This document shows, piece after piece, positions 22,264 through 35,038 of a DNA stretch of 64,000 nucleotides; position 1 is the first letter of the stretch, and every line of letters begins with the position of its first letter. Under the pieces are notes generated by a model. The model had not been told where the DNA came from and ran no database searches. It worked only from the letters and a program-made list of their open reading frames with translations. The stretch is from assembly GCF_964204865.1 (NCBI RefSeq), contig NC_135252.1, forward strand, positions 2,790,001-2,854,000, written 5' to 3'. The DNA is from Styela clava. Lineage: Eukaryota. Both the position numbers and the translations under genes were made by a program.

Positions 22264-25200
22264 ATGGATCTTAAAAGGCTCCAAGAAGAACTGAAGAGCG
22301 ATATTATACACCATCAGGTAGTATCATATTTACTCATATCAAAAATAATAACTAATAAATTTATTTTGACCACGGGCACAGCTACGTCGTAGTCTATTTT
22401 AGTGACGGCAGCATTGGGTAAATATTGATCTGGTTGAATAGTTCATAGCGATAAAGTACGGGTGTATTACTTATAGTTTTTTGGAATTTTAATTGGTAAT
22501 TTTTACCTACCTGTGTAAAAATTTGAATCACATATAACCTACCTCGGAATTGTTTTCAATTAACGTTAATTCACCACATTTAGATGCGCAATTTGACGCC
22601 AGTAGACTTTGGGCAATGTGCTTAACTCTTTTTGCTTGTCGCTTTTCTTTTCTCGACCCTTGACCCCATACCACTTTATAAAAAATAGTGATTTTAATCG
22701 GAGGATAAGCGGGCGAATAATAGGCAATTAATTATGAATATCCTCCATCGCCAAAATAAAATTTACGCATCAATTAGGAATCAGTTGAAGGTTAGTTAAC
22801 TCGCGTATTACTACCAAAAGTCCAATATGACTCTTTTGCTCGTCATGAACGTTAATTTAAGTATATGACATTGCTGATGTTCAATTGCATTTATCATTGC
22901 TTTTATCGTTCTATCTGTTAACCAAAAAGTAATTTTCAACTATCACTATGCCCTACTGCGATCATCGGCGTCTAGGTCTTGCGCACGTAATGCGTAAACT
23001 TTGCTTTGGGGGTTCCCCTGTTCTCAAGCACAGCGTGCGGTATCTCAATACTGCAATAGCTTGAAGGAAAAGTTTCTTCTGCATTGCAAACAGATGATTT
23101 AAATAATAAAATATGATATTGTCTGATACTTTATGTTTGATGGATCTTAACTGGGGTGTGTATATTTGATATTTAATTGTTAGACATCATTAATAAGACA
23201 TATTGTTGTAATGCAGTAATGGGTGAAGTGAACCATTACTGCAATATGTCATTATGATAGCATCTCTCTTCACTGACAGACTAGGGAGGATAAATTATAA
23301 AATGATTCATTTTTTAGAGTTTTATCATTTTGCCAACTTGAAATGCAAAAGCTTATTTAATAATAGCTAAATATAGAGGTATATAAAGGACACAGTAGTA
23401 AGCCTACAAACAATAGCCAGGTAATTAAAAACCATTGATTAGTTAAATTTTAATAAACATGTCAAAACACAGAAACAAACATATATATTGTTGGGTCGTC
23501 AGTGTGAAACCAAGTGTATGCAAGATTGCTTAAAGCTGCAAAGACTCATTCTTTTAGTATTGGCAAAAGTGGTCAAAGTAAGAGACATAAATAGGATAGG
23601 ACATGATTCAAATAATTATTCCAGGGGAGAGGAACTTAGCTGTATGTCATCTGAATATGCTATTATTGTAATATTCTTTTTTGCAGGCTCTGATGCAAAT
23701 GCTGAAGAAGAATCCAGCGGTATGTTTATATATTTCCAGCAGTTTTAATATTCTTCGACTTGGGGAATTTGATTTTGATTCAATGAAATATTAATTTTGT
23801 TATTTTGTCAGCAATACGCATGCTGATTTATGTGATAAGGGGTAAAAAATTGTTATGATGTAGACCTACGTTTATTAATGCACATAACATGCACTAAATT
23901 GAAATAATAACCTCTGTTTTCCATTTACAGGATCAAGCTATAAGATTGAAGCTTAAAGCAGTGCAGAAGCATATTGCTGAACTTGGTTCCCAGCAGAAAA
24001 AAATTGCCTCAGCTTCAAGATCATCACCATCTACTAGTGGTATGAGGAAGTGATATAAAGCTGTTTGTAATATTTACATACCTACCTTTATATGCAAAGT
24101 TAACTTACAACTGTGTTTCTCCATTCATATCATTGGTATATATTAATATCTTTTATCCGTTCTTCCGAAAACAAATAACTGGCTAACTAATCCCATTCCC
24201 GACATGGACTGGTAACCAGACGAGAGGCCATGGTGCGCCATATGATTGAACCGTCTTATCGGTTTTCCTCTCCCCTGGGATAAATCTGTAAATTCTATCC
24301 TATCATTTTGATAAAGGAATTGGTTCTGAACTTCTGGCCATCAGAATCACTTTTAGATCCCATGTTCAGAAATAATTTTCAATGCCTCCAAGTTCTGACT
24401 GTTGATTCTTTCATTTTAGAAACGGAAGCTTCTTCTTCACACACGTCTCCACTCAAAACAGAGAATGCATCAAATATCAAGTCAAAGCAATCATATACTT
24501 TAATTACAATTAAGAATGGTTCTCAGCCAGTGTACACATCAAACAATCAAACAATTTCTGGTCCATCCTATATTGGAAATAGTAATAGGCCAGTAAATCT
24601 CAGCAAATTGCCAGGAAAATCATTGAATGCAGGTATTGTATTATCAACTTATGTCTTCTCAATTCATTTCAAAATCTTGAGGTTACTTTATTAATTGAGA
24701 TATTTGGTCAAACTTTTGAGCAAATCTTGTAAGAAAATAATGTAAACTGACAATAATTGTGACCTTTTTTTGTGCAAAGCATAAATTGTCTTTGGTCAGC
24801 TTTGTTACTCACAACTCACAAGTATTATTTTTATACTAATTTCCCTTTTTTGAATTGTATCATAGATACAGAATTAGGATTAATTGTTTATATAGTCAAA
24901 AATTGTGCATATATTTTCAAAGGAATTTTTTTTGCTTACCTTACTTGGACCCAAATTAGTTTTTGTGAACTCTCAACTTATCTTATTTAAACATAGATGG
25001 TTCATTAATTTAAAAAACTTTGACTATGACTAATATTATGTCCCAAGGGCAATAAGTTTTGACTTTTTATTAATGGCTGAAGCTATTAGTTTGATTTCTG
25101 ATATTTCGGATTAAAATATTCAACAAAACTTTCAATTTGCTCTTATTGCATTTTCAAATAGCTTGTCATTCAATATTGTGATGAAAATATTACTGAATAT

Positions 25201-28200
25201 CTATATTTCAAGAATTTTATTGTTGCATCAGAAATTGCCAATTATCTATACATGTTTCAGAATACTTCCATATCATTATCATACCTAGTTAATTTAGTTG
25301 TATGATTTATGATAATATGAAGATTTCCTTCATTCTTTTTCATTTTTTCAGTTGACAAACCATTTGTTCCTCAGTCAGCTGTATTGGTTGTTACAACACC
25401 AAGCCAAATTTCAGTGAACAAACCAGCAATCAAAGCCACTGTTCCTGCTCCAATTCCTATATCACTGTCATCTCTTGTATCTTCTGGAGGCGTTGTCACG
25501 CTTCCTGGTAGTTGGAAAAGTTCTGGAACGCAGGCAGCCACTGTGAAAAATACTAAAGTAATGGCGGATGCAATCGGGAGATTGGTGCCTACAAAGCAAG
25601 TGCAAATAAAAGTACGGTATTTCAGTATTAATAACATTTTTGTATGAAATAATGCCTCATATTGTTGAATTGTAATATTTTCATACAGGATTACCCCAAA
25701 AACAGAACCAATAAATTTCTTAATTACTTTTACCAAATGAAGAATATTTAATCAACACTTAAACTTCTGTTTGTGTGTGGTTCACTGGTTGTATCCAAAT
25801 ATTTCAGTAATCTAGGACGCTTTGCGCAAAAGTGATGTTCTATCTACAATATTTTTCAATGACCAGAGGTCTTTTCCTTGGGGCCCTGTATGTTAATATG
25901 ATTCTCGATTTTTTGTATGTGCCTTTTATTTCAGGTGCCTGTTGTTCAAAGCCCTGGATCAAATCCGGTCATTATTATGCCACAGAAGACTCCTATGAAT
26001 AACCAGCCAAAATCATTGTTCAGGTAGAATTGGGAATTTTTAGGTGTTTTTGTCTGATAATGTTGCATTGTCAGTACACGGTGACTCCTTTCCACTTTTG
26101 TCATTAGTAAGTTTATCTGATATAATAGTTTGTATGTTGTCATGTACCTATTTCCTCATTGTTGAATGAGGATAGTTATATGTTTTATGCCTCGGGCTCG
26201 CAATTCAAAGTGGTAAGAGTGCTCATAGAGGAGTTTATTTAACCACATGTCTATTCATCCTCGTGGCCGAGATATCAGTATACAGTAGTTTCCCCAAAAC
26301 TGAGATAAACATTTTGCTTGCTTGGATACTCCAGTGGGATAATCAAGGTTTTTGGAAACATTGTGGTGCCAAATTGTTGGGAAATAATCGTATTTCTCTA
26401 CAACTAATGAACGAGCAGATTTCAAATTTTCAATACTTGAAGATGGAAGAAGTTAGCTATTATCTCTATTTATTTTAATTTTCCCCAAATCCCACATGGC
26501 CTGATTGTTATAAATAAGTTTCTGTTGAGCAAAAATCGATTTTAATTTTCAGGTTGCTGCCTAAAGGTTGCCATCCTATACCAGTTAATCCGCAAGGAAC
26601 AGTAATTACTCGAGGTCCACAATTGATGGTGCCAACAAACCAAGGCAACATAGCTGCTAAAGTACCGGTAACTCAGAAAGCGGGATTTCCAACGATCATC
26701 ATGCCCAGTGATAGTATGATTAACAAGACAGGAGCTCCATTACAACAAGTTCTTGTACAAAGAGTAGGGCATCGTTCAACTGTGCCTACACCTACCTCGG
26801 GTATGTCCAGTTTTACTTCCCCGTGGACAACTCTTCTATCAAACTGTACTGTAGTTTTATCAATGGCATTATTAAAACTGGTTTTATTGCATCCAAAGAA
26901 TTACGATAACTTGAACAAAATATAAAATTATCTGATTAGAAGCAAATTTTTTTAATTTATCAGATATTATAATTTAAATTTTTCAATTGTGAAGTGTAAT
27001 CTCAATTTATACATTTCTCTCCAATTAGCAATTATTCTAAATATGTTTTCTGAATCTTTGTTTTGTACTGTTTATCTACATATAATTATAAATTCACTTT
27101 TTCAACCCTATTTTTGCAGTCACTTGGCAAGATTTATCAAGTAGAACTCCTGCCATTCACAAACCAAGTTATGTTCCAAGAAAAAGTTATCCAAACATAA
27201 ATAACGGTGTTGGATCATTTCAAAAGTTCAGGATTTTAGATGGAAAAGCACAGATTTTGTCAAAAACTCACCAAGAATCTACTCAAGGACACCCATCTGC
27301 ACAAGGTTTACATTTGATAAAAAAGGAACAAGAAATTATCTTCGCTAAACAAAACGTATTTGACGTATTTGAAATCAATCCAGTCATTTTATTTTTGCTT
27401 TGCTTTTTCTGCGCTTGTCTTCTGGTTACAAGTTGGATCTGGATTTCACAACATATATGGAAATTTTGAAATATTATATTCGATCAAGAAAAACAATTCA
27501 ATTCGATTCCGTATTCAGGATGTATTTTAAATCTCAGCTAGTCTTGTTAGTTTATGTGAGGATATTCTCTGCAGAAAATGAGTCTTCACCAATATCGAAA
27601 ATGAACACTGATACTAATACTAGTTTTGAAATTTTGGATTCAATTTGAATGTGTGAATTTCAAGTTCATTGGCACCAGCTAAATATTAATATCGGTAGTT
27701 AAATGTAGTTTTTTTATTTTAATTGTTGTTCCTTCATGTTTCAGTCGGGCATCAAGATAAACCAAGAAATAGTGCTTTAAAAGCAGTGTTGACATCAAAA
27801 CCAGTTGCAACCACAAGTGGAATGGTTACTTTAGCTAGACTTGTACCACCTGTACCTGGAAACAGTTTTTTCCCGATCAAAACACAAGATACTGTAACTG
27901 GTACACAAGGCTCAGTCATGGAAAAACGGTCGATAAAATTGGCAACGAACGATAGTCCTTTTATACCTGTGCCTGTCACCAAGATTTCTTCTATTTCAAA
28001 TATAAGGCAATCAAGCTTGGATGAAAGCACAGATTCTATTAAACGTAGTGATACACCTGTGGATGAAGAGGTGAATGTTGTTGTTCAAAATTAGGCCACA
28101 TTGTGAGCTTTTAGCAAGTCACTAAACAAGTATTCAGAATGACTGATTCTTTCTAGTGATTTGGCACAAACTATCTATGTTTCACATGTCAAGTGAGATA

Positions 28201-31200
28201 TCATAATACAGTATTAACCAAAAAAGGCAGAATCCACAAATTTAACACTGAAACATCAGATGTTCTGTTTGTGTAGGATTGTACCCAAAAGTTTCGGGTA
28301 TTTAAGACGCATTGCACCAAAGTTATGTTCATTCTAGTATTCCAATTGACCTGGGTTAGGTCACCCTATATATTAAAACTGTTTTTTTTTTTTTGCGACA
28401 TTATAAAATAGAAAATACCTTCGTTGAAATTCCTGTTATTATAAAGACATTCAGCCAAATTTAAATATGTGATTAGCTGCTTATATAAACGTTTTATAGA
28501 TTATTTAAAAACATAGTTTAAAATGGCATTAGGTCTAATATACTGTTTCATAAATATTTTTGGGCATCAGTTCAATGGGTATGAGATGCACATTTTTATC
28601 GAATTCATTCACCTTAGGTGTGAAAATATTTTTATTGAGATCAATTAACATGTATGGAATGTACTACATTGTGTTTTTTTTTATTGCAGGCTAAAGAAAA
28701 GTTACAGTATCTTCGTAATATTGATTTAATTCCAAAATCACAAGCGAATCAAGTAAGACGTCGCAGATTCCGAAAACGAAGGGTTGCTGCGAATCCAATT
28801 TATAGTGGTGGAATGTATATAAGTAATGATCATGAACCAAAAAGACATTGTCCCGATGTTATGGCGAGTGCTTTGGAATGCATAACTGCACCTGATGTGA
28901 TCGTCAAACGGCCGAGAGGTAGAATATGTTTTTTTCTGTGCTATTTTGTTTGTTCTAATGAGTTAATTTTTGCCAAAGGTGACTCATAGCATAGGAATCC
29001 CAAGTCATAATATTATGTTGCTAAGATTATTTAGGTTTTGGAGTAAGATTCAGTAAATATTATTTTTCTATTCATTTTCGGTATCTCATTGATATATTAC
29101 ATTATCCTGCTGCAAAACAGATTAAAAACGAGTCAAAATTGGTAGGCTAATTTCTAGACTAAATTATCATTTGGATATTAATATACTTGATATAGAATAC
29201 TTAATTTTATACGCAAAATGGATGCAGAGCTCGGGGTCATAATATCTCACCTGAATAAGTTCTGTTTCATAGTTACTAACATTGAATATATCTGGGGATG
29301 GGCAATATAGAATACCGAATCCGGAGGATTCGAATCCACAAGGATCCGATAACAGGCTTCGGTTTCCGCCTCTTCGGCGCCATGCGTCAATTTTGTATTT
29401 CCTGTTTCTGATTTATTAATTAAATTCGAGCGTTTTCTCTCGCGTGGAAATCTCTCTCGTTTAATTATACTTGCGTTTTCTCGCAAAATAGGTTGCAACG
29501 GCCAGACGCTGGTCGTGCATCTAATTAATTCTCAGCGGGTCAGTTCTAGTATGCTCGGCAGACTAACATTAATAATAATAAAAATGATTCAACGCCGTTC
29601 ATATCTATTTTTGTATTTAACCGCTTACAATTTAAGTGTGTGAAGCGTGTCTTAATTCAGCAATCAGTATTTAGGGATTACATACATTTGGAACAATTGA
29701 AGGCAAAATATATTGTAATATTCCTAAATTTTATTGCCCTGGGATATGCCTGTTTAGTATCAAATAAAATCCAATGTCCAGGACATTTCCAAATAAATAA
29801 TACATTTATAGTACCGGTAATACATTTACAATCCAGCAATGTGGAAATTCCCAATATTTGAATGAGTATAAAAATAGAATAGGATTCGGTATTCTGGAAT
29901 TGATTTAACTATTCTAGAATATTTTAGAATAGTGAATTATTCTATATTGCCCATCCCTAAATATATCTCAATCTGATGGAAGAATTATCCAATACTATAT
30001 GAGTTCAACCCTTTCATGGAGTCTCTGTATGTTCTTAACGGTCCATATTACTAAGTCCTTTTGAGGAAAATCTTTTCCTTATTAAGCATATTCATCGCTA
30101 TAGGTCGACCACGAGGCTCCAAAAACACGTCAACCTTAGCAGCACAAAAAGCATCTACTTCAACTAGAAATATCAGATCAAACTCGTCCACCTCACCTCT
30201 GATGCCTACTCATGTTGAGGAGATAAAGCAATTGAGAGGAATCTTAGATGTTGTGGCATCTGCCTCAGAAGCTGTGACTTCTGCTGGAATATCTAGTGCA
30301 GACATGGAAGTGTAGGTTTTTCATAACAATATATAGGTATTAATGTATGAAGAGCTAATAATACTAATCTGTATCATAGAACTATCATAGATGATCCAGG
30401 ATTGAGAACTATTTGTCAAGTCAAAATCCAAGGTCCATTAACTTCAATGTAGATATGATGAAAACCTCTCATTCAAGATTATTTGAGGATATAATTTGAT
30501 TATAATATGGATTCTTGGTGAGACAAAGACTTAATCGAAGGCAGAAAATGGAATCAAATTGAGGTGTCTCCAAAATGTCGTGTCCCACTTGTACCACGTA
30601 TCCCACTTGTCCCGGAGAAGAGGGACACGGTACAAGTGGGACACATGGACAAGTGGGACACAACATTTTGGAGACACTGAAATTAAGGTTTAGGAATAGT
30701 TTCATTTATCGTTCTAACAGCGAAGACCCAAAATTCTATTTTGTGTAATCATTACCACAGGATTTGAATAGGTGACCTTTGTAATGTCATGGGGCGGTGT
30801 AATAGTGAGAATTTTCCTAATGTCAAATACAGACCATTGCTGTAAGAAATCGCCAATTATATTGAATTTTATGCAAAAGATCTATATTGTTAATAAGGAT
30901 CTTTTCTGTACATCTTTTACAAATGTGCTATATTCACATTCCCGGCATTCTATTTTTAGACAAGATTTATCTCGCCATTCATCTCGTCCACTACCTAATT
31001 CATCCCCATTTGTTGGACCACAGTCAACGTCTGGAGTAAGGTCTAAATCTACAGAACTAGAAAGACCAGAAAGTCGTGTATGTTTTATATTTGAATTTTT
31101 TTGTTTGAAATATTACATCTTACATGGCAATCTACACCTACTGCGGGAAATTTAATGTAAAAGTTCATTGATGGTTCCGCTGGATAGGAAATCTCTTGAT

Positions 31201-32929
31201 AGGAAAATATTTTTTTATTCAATTTGATTTTCCTATAATATTCTGATTGAGGACACTTAATGTCATGTTTTATCTTCGGACAAGGCATCTTGCAAGGCCG
31301 ACTTATCTTAATTTAAGTATCTTTATGAACTTGAAGTATATTGTGCTAAAAGTATACTTGAGTTTTGAAGCTCATGATCTATACGGTAAGAAATAATATT
31401 CTATTTCTGGATTGCTAAAAATGCATAAAAAAAATTTATATTACAGGGTGATGAACATGAAGACCAATGTGCAATTTGTGGGAAAACAGGGGAAGTACTT
31501 ATGTGTGATACTTGTTCTAGAGTTTATCATTTATCATGTGCGACACCGCCATTATCCACTGTACCGCAAGGAATGTGGATTTGTTCGAAATGCAAAAATA
31601 ACGTATGTGTATTTTTTATTAAATTTGTTTAAAGAACAGTCGCAAGCAGAAACTGAAAGACAAAATAGACCAATAGAAAAATCCTAACCATAAGCTTTGT
31701 ATAGATTTATATGTGTAGTGGAGGTGCCCGTGAATACTAAGCAAGACTTGAAACAGCTTTTTAATTAATACTACTAAAAATTTGCTAGGAGGAGTCTTTT
31801 AATCTTCTGTGGAATGATAAGGGATGGAGGACTGTTTACTTACTGCATGCTAGGAGGGTTAAACGATGCATATATATGTATAAGAGAAATGTGCATTCCT
31901 CATATTTTTAAACCTGGGTTTGATGATAGGTTGATCCATGGTTCCCCGATAGATTAATCTGTTTAATTAGTTTACTCATCTAGACAATATGCAAATTTTA
32001 TTCCGATTTCAGCGTCCTCGCCATTATGGTTTACTGTACATATGAATACCATGTATTAAAATCAATAGTTACTTGCGATACAGAATATGTGATTTCGTTC
32101 CACAGTTTAAGTACAACAAATCAAAAACTGCATGGTCTGGCATAGTTACTGCTGTTCATTCTTATTGGGAACATGATGAGCAAAGGGATTCAGATATTGC
32201 AAAACATCAAGATAAATTAGATGGCGTCAAAAAAGTTGTTGCTGCTCTGCAAATGCAGACAAAAAGTTTAACAAATGCAGTTATGGTATGTGAATTGATA
32301 TTTTTTTTATGTGGATTTTTCATCTATTTTTGTGCTAAGAAATATTAGCATGCGTAAACAAAATTTTAGATTCTTATATACAGAAGCTCCGATATTTGTG
32401 AGGTTTTCACTGGTTTTATAAAGGATGTCAAGCTAACCAACGCACGAAGGATATAATAGAAGGGGCACTGTGGGTGTTCTACAAGTAAAACTTCACAGTT
32501 ACTATTTACAGCCTTACTATCTTAAACTGATCCTTGTTTATTCTTTTGAGAATTTTTTTTCGACATTGATCCCGTTTGGTATTAGAAGCTATTTGCTGAC
32601 ATCCTTTTTCAACAATTTCAAGTAAACCTCGCTCATAGACCTTCATCCAGAGTGTAAAAAAATGCGTAAGCTATGCAGAAGACGAAAGAGTCCAACATTT
32701 CCAAACGCATAGATCAGCAGCTGCTTGTATTGAGCCTTGTTTGCCATAAAATTTGTTTCCTAAAAATTGGTGTAGTTTTATCCTATACAATGTGCTATTG
32801 TCACAGGGTAAAGTCAACCTGCGAAGTAAAGCTATGAGAGAAAAACATAGTTTGGAAAAGGAAATAGTCGACTTCAGTACAATTTTTCAAAATGTGTGGA
32901 AATTGCAAGCACAAGGCCACACTGGATGA
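22264..32929 (+). CDS. PHF21A: PHD finger protein 21 (PHF21A/B, BHC80)-like, about 15 exons: 22264-22317, 23687-23719, 23931-24039, 24420-24632, 25352-25611, ~25935-26023, ~26553-26800, ~27120-27305, ~27745-28070, ~28690-28918, ~30104-30311, 30960-31077, 31447-31602, 32106-32285, 32807-32929
   Basis: N-terminus [28 protein letters not shown] matches recalled PHF21A MELQTLQEALKVEIQVHQ. Also RKRR..NPIYSG, AT-hook KRPRG|RPRG, PHD finger [56 protein letters not shown] and a C-terminal coiled coil. GT-AG introns; AATAAA at 33001. Likely co-ortholog of A and B. Confidence 0.9.
24150..24305 (+). repeat. Dispersed SINE-like repeat, 3' fragment
   Basis: AATAACTGG.TAACT...ACATGGA...ACGAGAG.CC...CTCTC.CCTGGGATAAAT is shared with 58620-58755. 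Confidence 0.5.
29293..29959. mobile_element. hAT-type MITE (667 bp) in a PHF21 intron
   Basis: TIR GGGATGGGCAATATAGAATA / TATTCTATATTGCCCATCCC; perfect 8-bp TSD AATATATC. Related orphan ends near 5169 and 18523. Confidence 0.92.
30564..30679. mobile_element. Short foldback MITE (almost entirely palindromic)
   Basis: GTGTCTCCAAAATGT.GTGTCCCACTTGT ... ACAAGTGGGACAC.ACATTTTGGAGACAC; flanks AAATTGAG / AAATTAAG. Confidence 0.75.
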
Positions 32930-34057
32930 GACACGAATTTCATTTATTTTTATTTTACATAACCTCTTTCACTCAAGAATATGAATGCCTGGAAATTCGG
33001 AATAAAATATGCCATGTATTTGCATCAATTCAGCAATTGGAAATTAGTGGAATCAATAATGATAATTTTGTCACTAACGCTTCATTCAGTTAATTTTAAA
33101 ATTAAATATGTCTATTCTGAATGGTGATTGATGTTCGTATCTTGTCATAAATTTTTTTAATTAAATTTAAAATAGCATCTATTCTAAACTGATCTAGTTT
33201 AGTTCGACCTATCCCAGAAACGATAAATAACAGCATCTGCAGTTGCCAGTTATGGTGGTATCGCAATTTTCATAATTACTGCAATTTGGTTTTCAAAGTT
33301 TTTCTTTTTATTTTGTTCAACAATTACATGTTTTCTTGTAAAATTATGATTTTTCTTTTAAATTCCCTCCCTTTATTATTGAGCCTATTTTGAAAGTAAG
33401 CAGACAATGGTGGTTTCTGTTTTATTTATTTATTTTCAGGCAGGTTAACTGGAGTTTATCATCTCCCAATGATAAAAGACTGGGCGTTTTCATTGGTCAT
33501 TCGTTTGAGCACTCCGTTTGCGTTATTACTAAAACAGTCAATTGTCGCTACGTTTATTTAATCTTTTTTGGATATTCAACCATCGAATCCCATAGACTTG
33601 TATAAAAATACTTTGGTTGTTAATGTGTGTTGTGTATAACGGCTGAAGAAGGGCTTAAGGTTTATGGGTCGTTGAGGTGCCAGTTATGTGAACTTTTGCT
33701 AAGAGTGGTTTTTCCTAATTACAGCTGTGCATGGGAGACCGACGCGAACCTTTGGTAAAATACGACGTGCGCTTCTTGTGGTAAGACTAGGCCAGAAAGG
33801 CCACCTAATGGTGCCTCCGTGTTTAATGGAACAATTCGACTTCGTCAGACGATACCAACTTCAATATTGGCCCAGTCGAAATAAAGTTGTTAAGTATCAT
33901 ATAAACCTCTCTATCAATGTGTTTGTAATACTAAATAGTATATAAGAACATTTTCCGTAAACAAACAAAAAAAATCCTGCAAATTGTACGTAACTTGGCC
34001 CTCAATTAGCAATGAATACTGAAACCAGCTACTCGTTCAATTTCAGATAGCATAGAA

Positions 34058-34474
34058 CAGGGTTTCCCAAACTGGGGTAAGTGGACCCCTGGGGGTCCGT
34101 GATGACTGCACATGGGGTCCGCGACGATATTAAGAGTCTGATCAATCTTTAATGACTGATCCAAAGCCATTGCATATTTTTGTTGGAACGTTGCTGTCAG
34201 AAAGGGCAATTAGAAAATCCTACATGTTTGAGGGAGCGTTTCATCTTTTACCAATTCGATGACAAAATACAGGTCGAGACTTGCCGTCGAGTCGGACTTA
34301 CGAGTTTGCTTATCACAAATTGCTACGACAATATCGTTCGTGTTATTGTGATGTAAATGAAACATTACCATTCCTCGTTGGTTAGGCAGGAATTTTTACG
34401 GCATAGAATGGAGTTCCGTCAGAAATTAGATTCTAAAACCGGTGTCCGCGGCTCAAAAAGTTTGGGAAACACTG
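34058..34474. mobile_element. hAT-type MITE (about 417 bp)
   Basis: TIRs CAGGGTTTCCCAAACT / AGTTTGGGAAACACTG; GGGGTCCG subterminal motifs; TSD degenerate. Confidence 0.75.
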
Positions 34475-35038
34475 GCACAGTTTCCACCAGTTTCATTATT
34501 ATTTCTTTTATAGAACACCAAAATCTTAAGTGCTTAAAGCCTCTGAGAGGCATGATTCGGTCCTGGCCACCTTGTTTAAAAACAGGTCAGGGCGGTGTAA
34601 GTAAAACGTGCAATAGCAATATCCTGCAAGGATTTTCGATTGTTTTCTTGGCTGCTATTTGCTAAAAGCTAAATGGGTATTTTAGGCAGTGTTGGCCAAT
34701 GGTGTGTGAAGCTTGCTTGCTGTATTTATGGCGTCCATGGAGGTTTCCGAAATATGTAGCATGGGAATTTCGCTGAATAACGGTGGAGAATACTATGACG
34801 TCATAATCAAAACATGAATATTTGCCTCCAAATACTAGAATTTATCCAATTCTTGAATAGCATTATTTTTTGAAGAGAAGGGCAGAGATGTCATGATCGC
34901 CTTGAACAGTTTCGTTTTTAGTTTGTTAGGGTAAAAGATTCTAGTTAGTCACCCGAGTATAGTTGTCGGGTTTTAGGTTAGATAAATGTCTTTGTTTCAG
35001 AGACCTAAATTATTTTCAAAATATAACCTGGTCACGTT

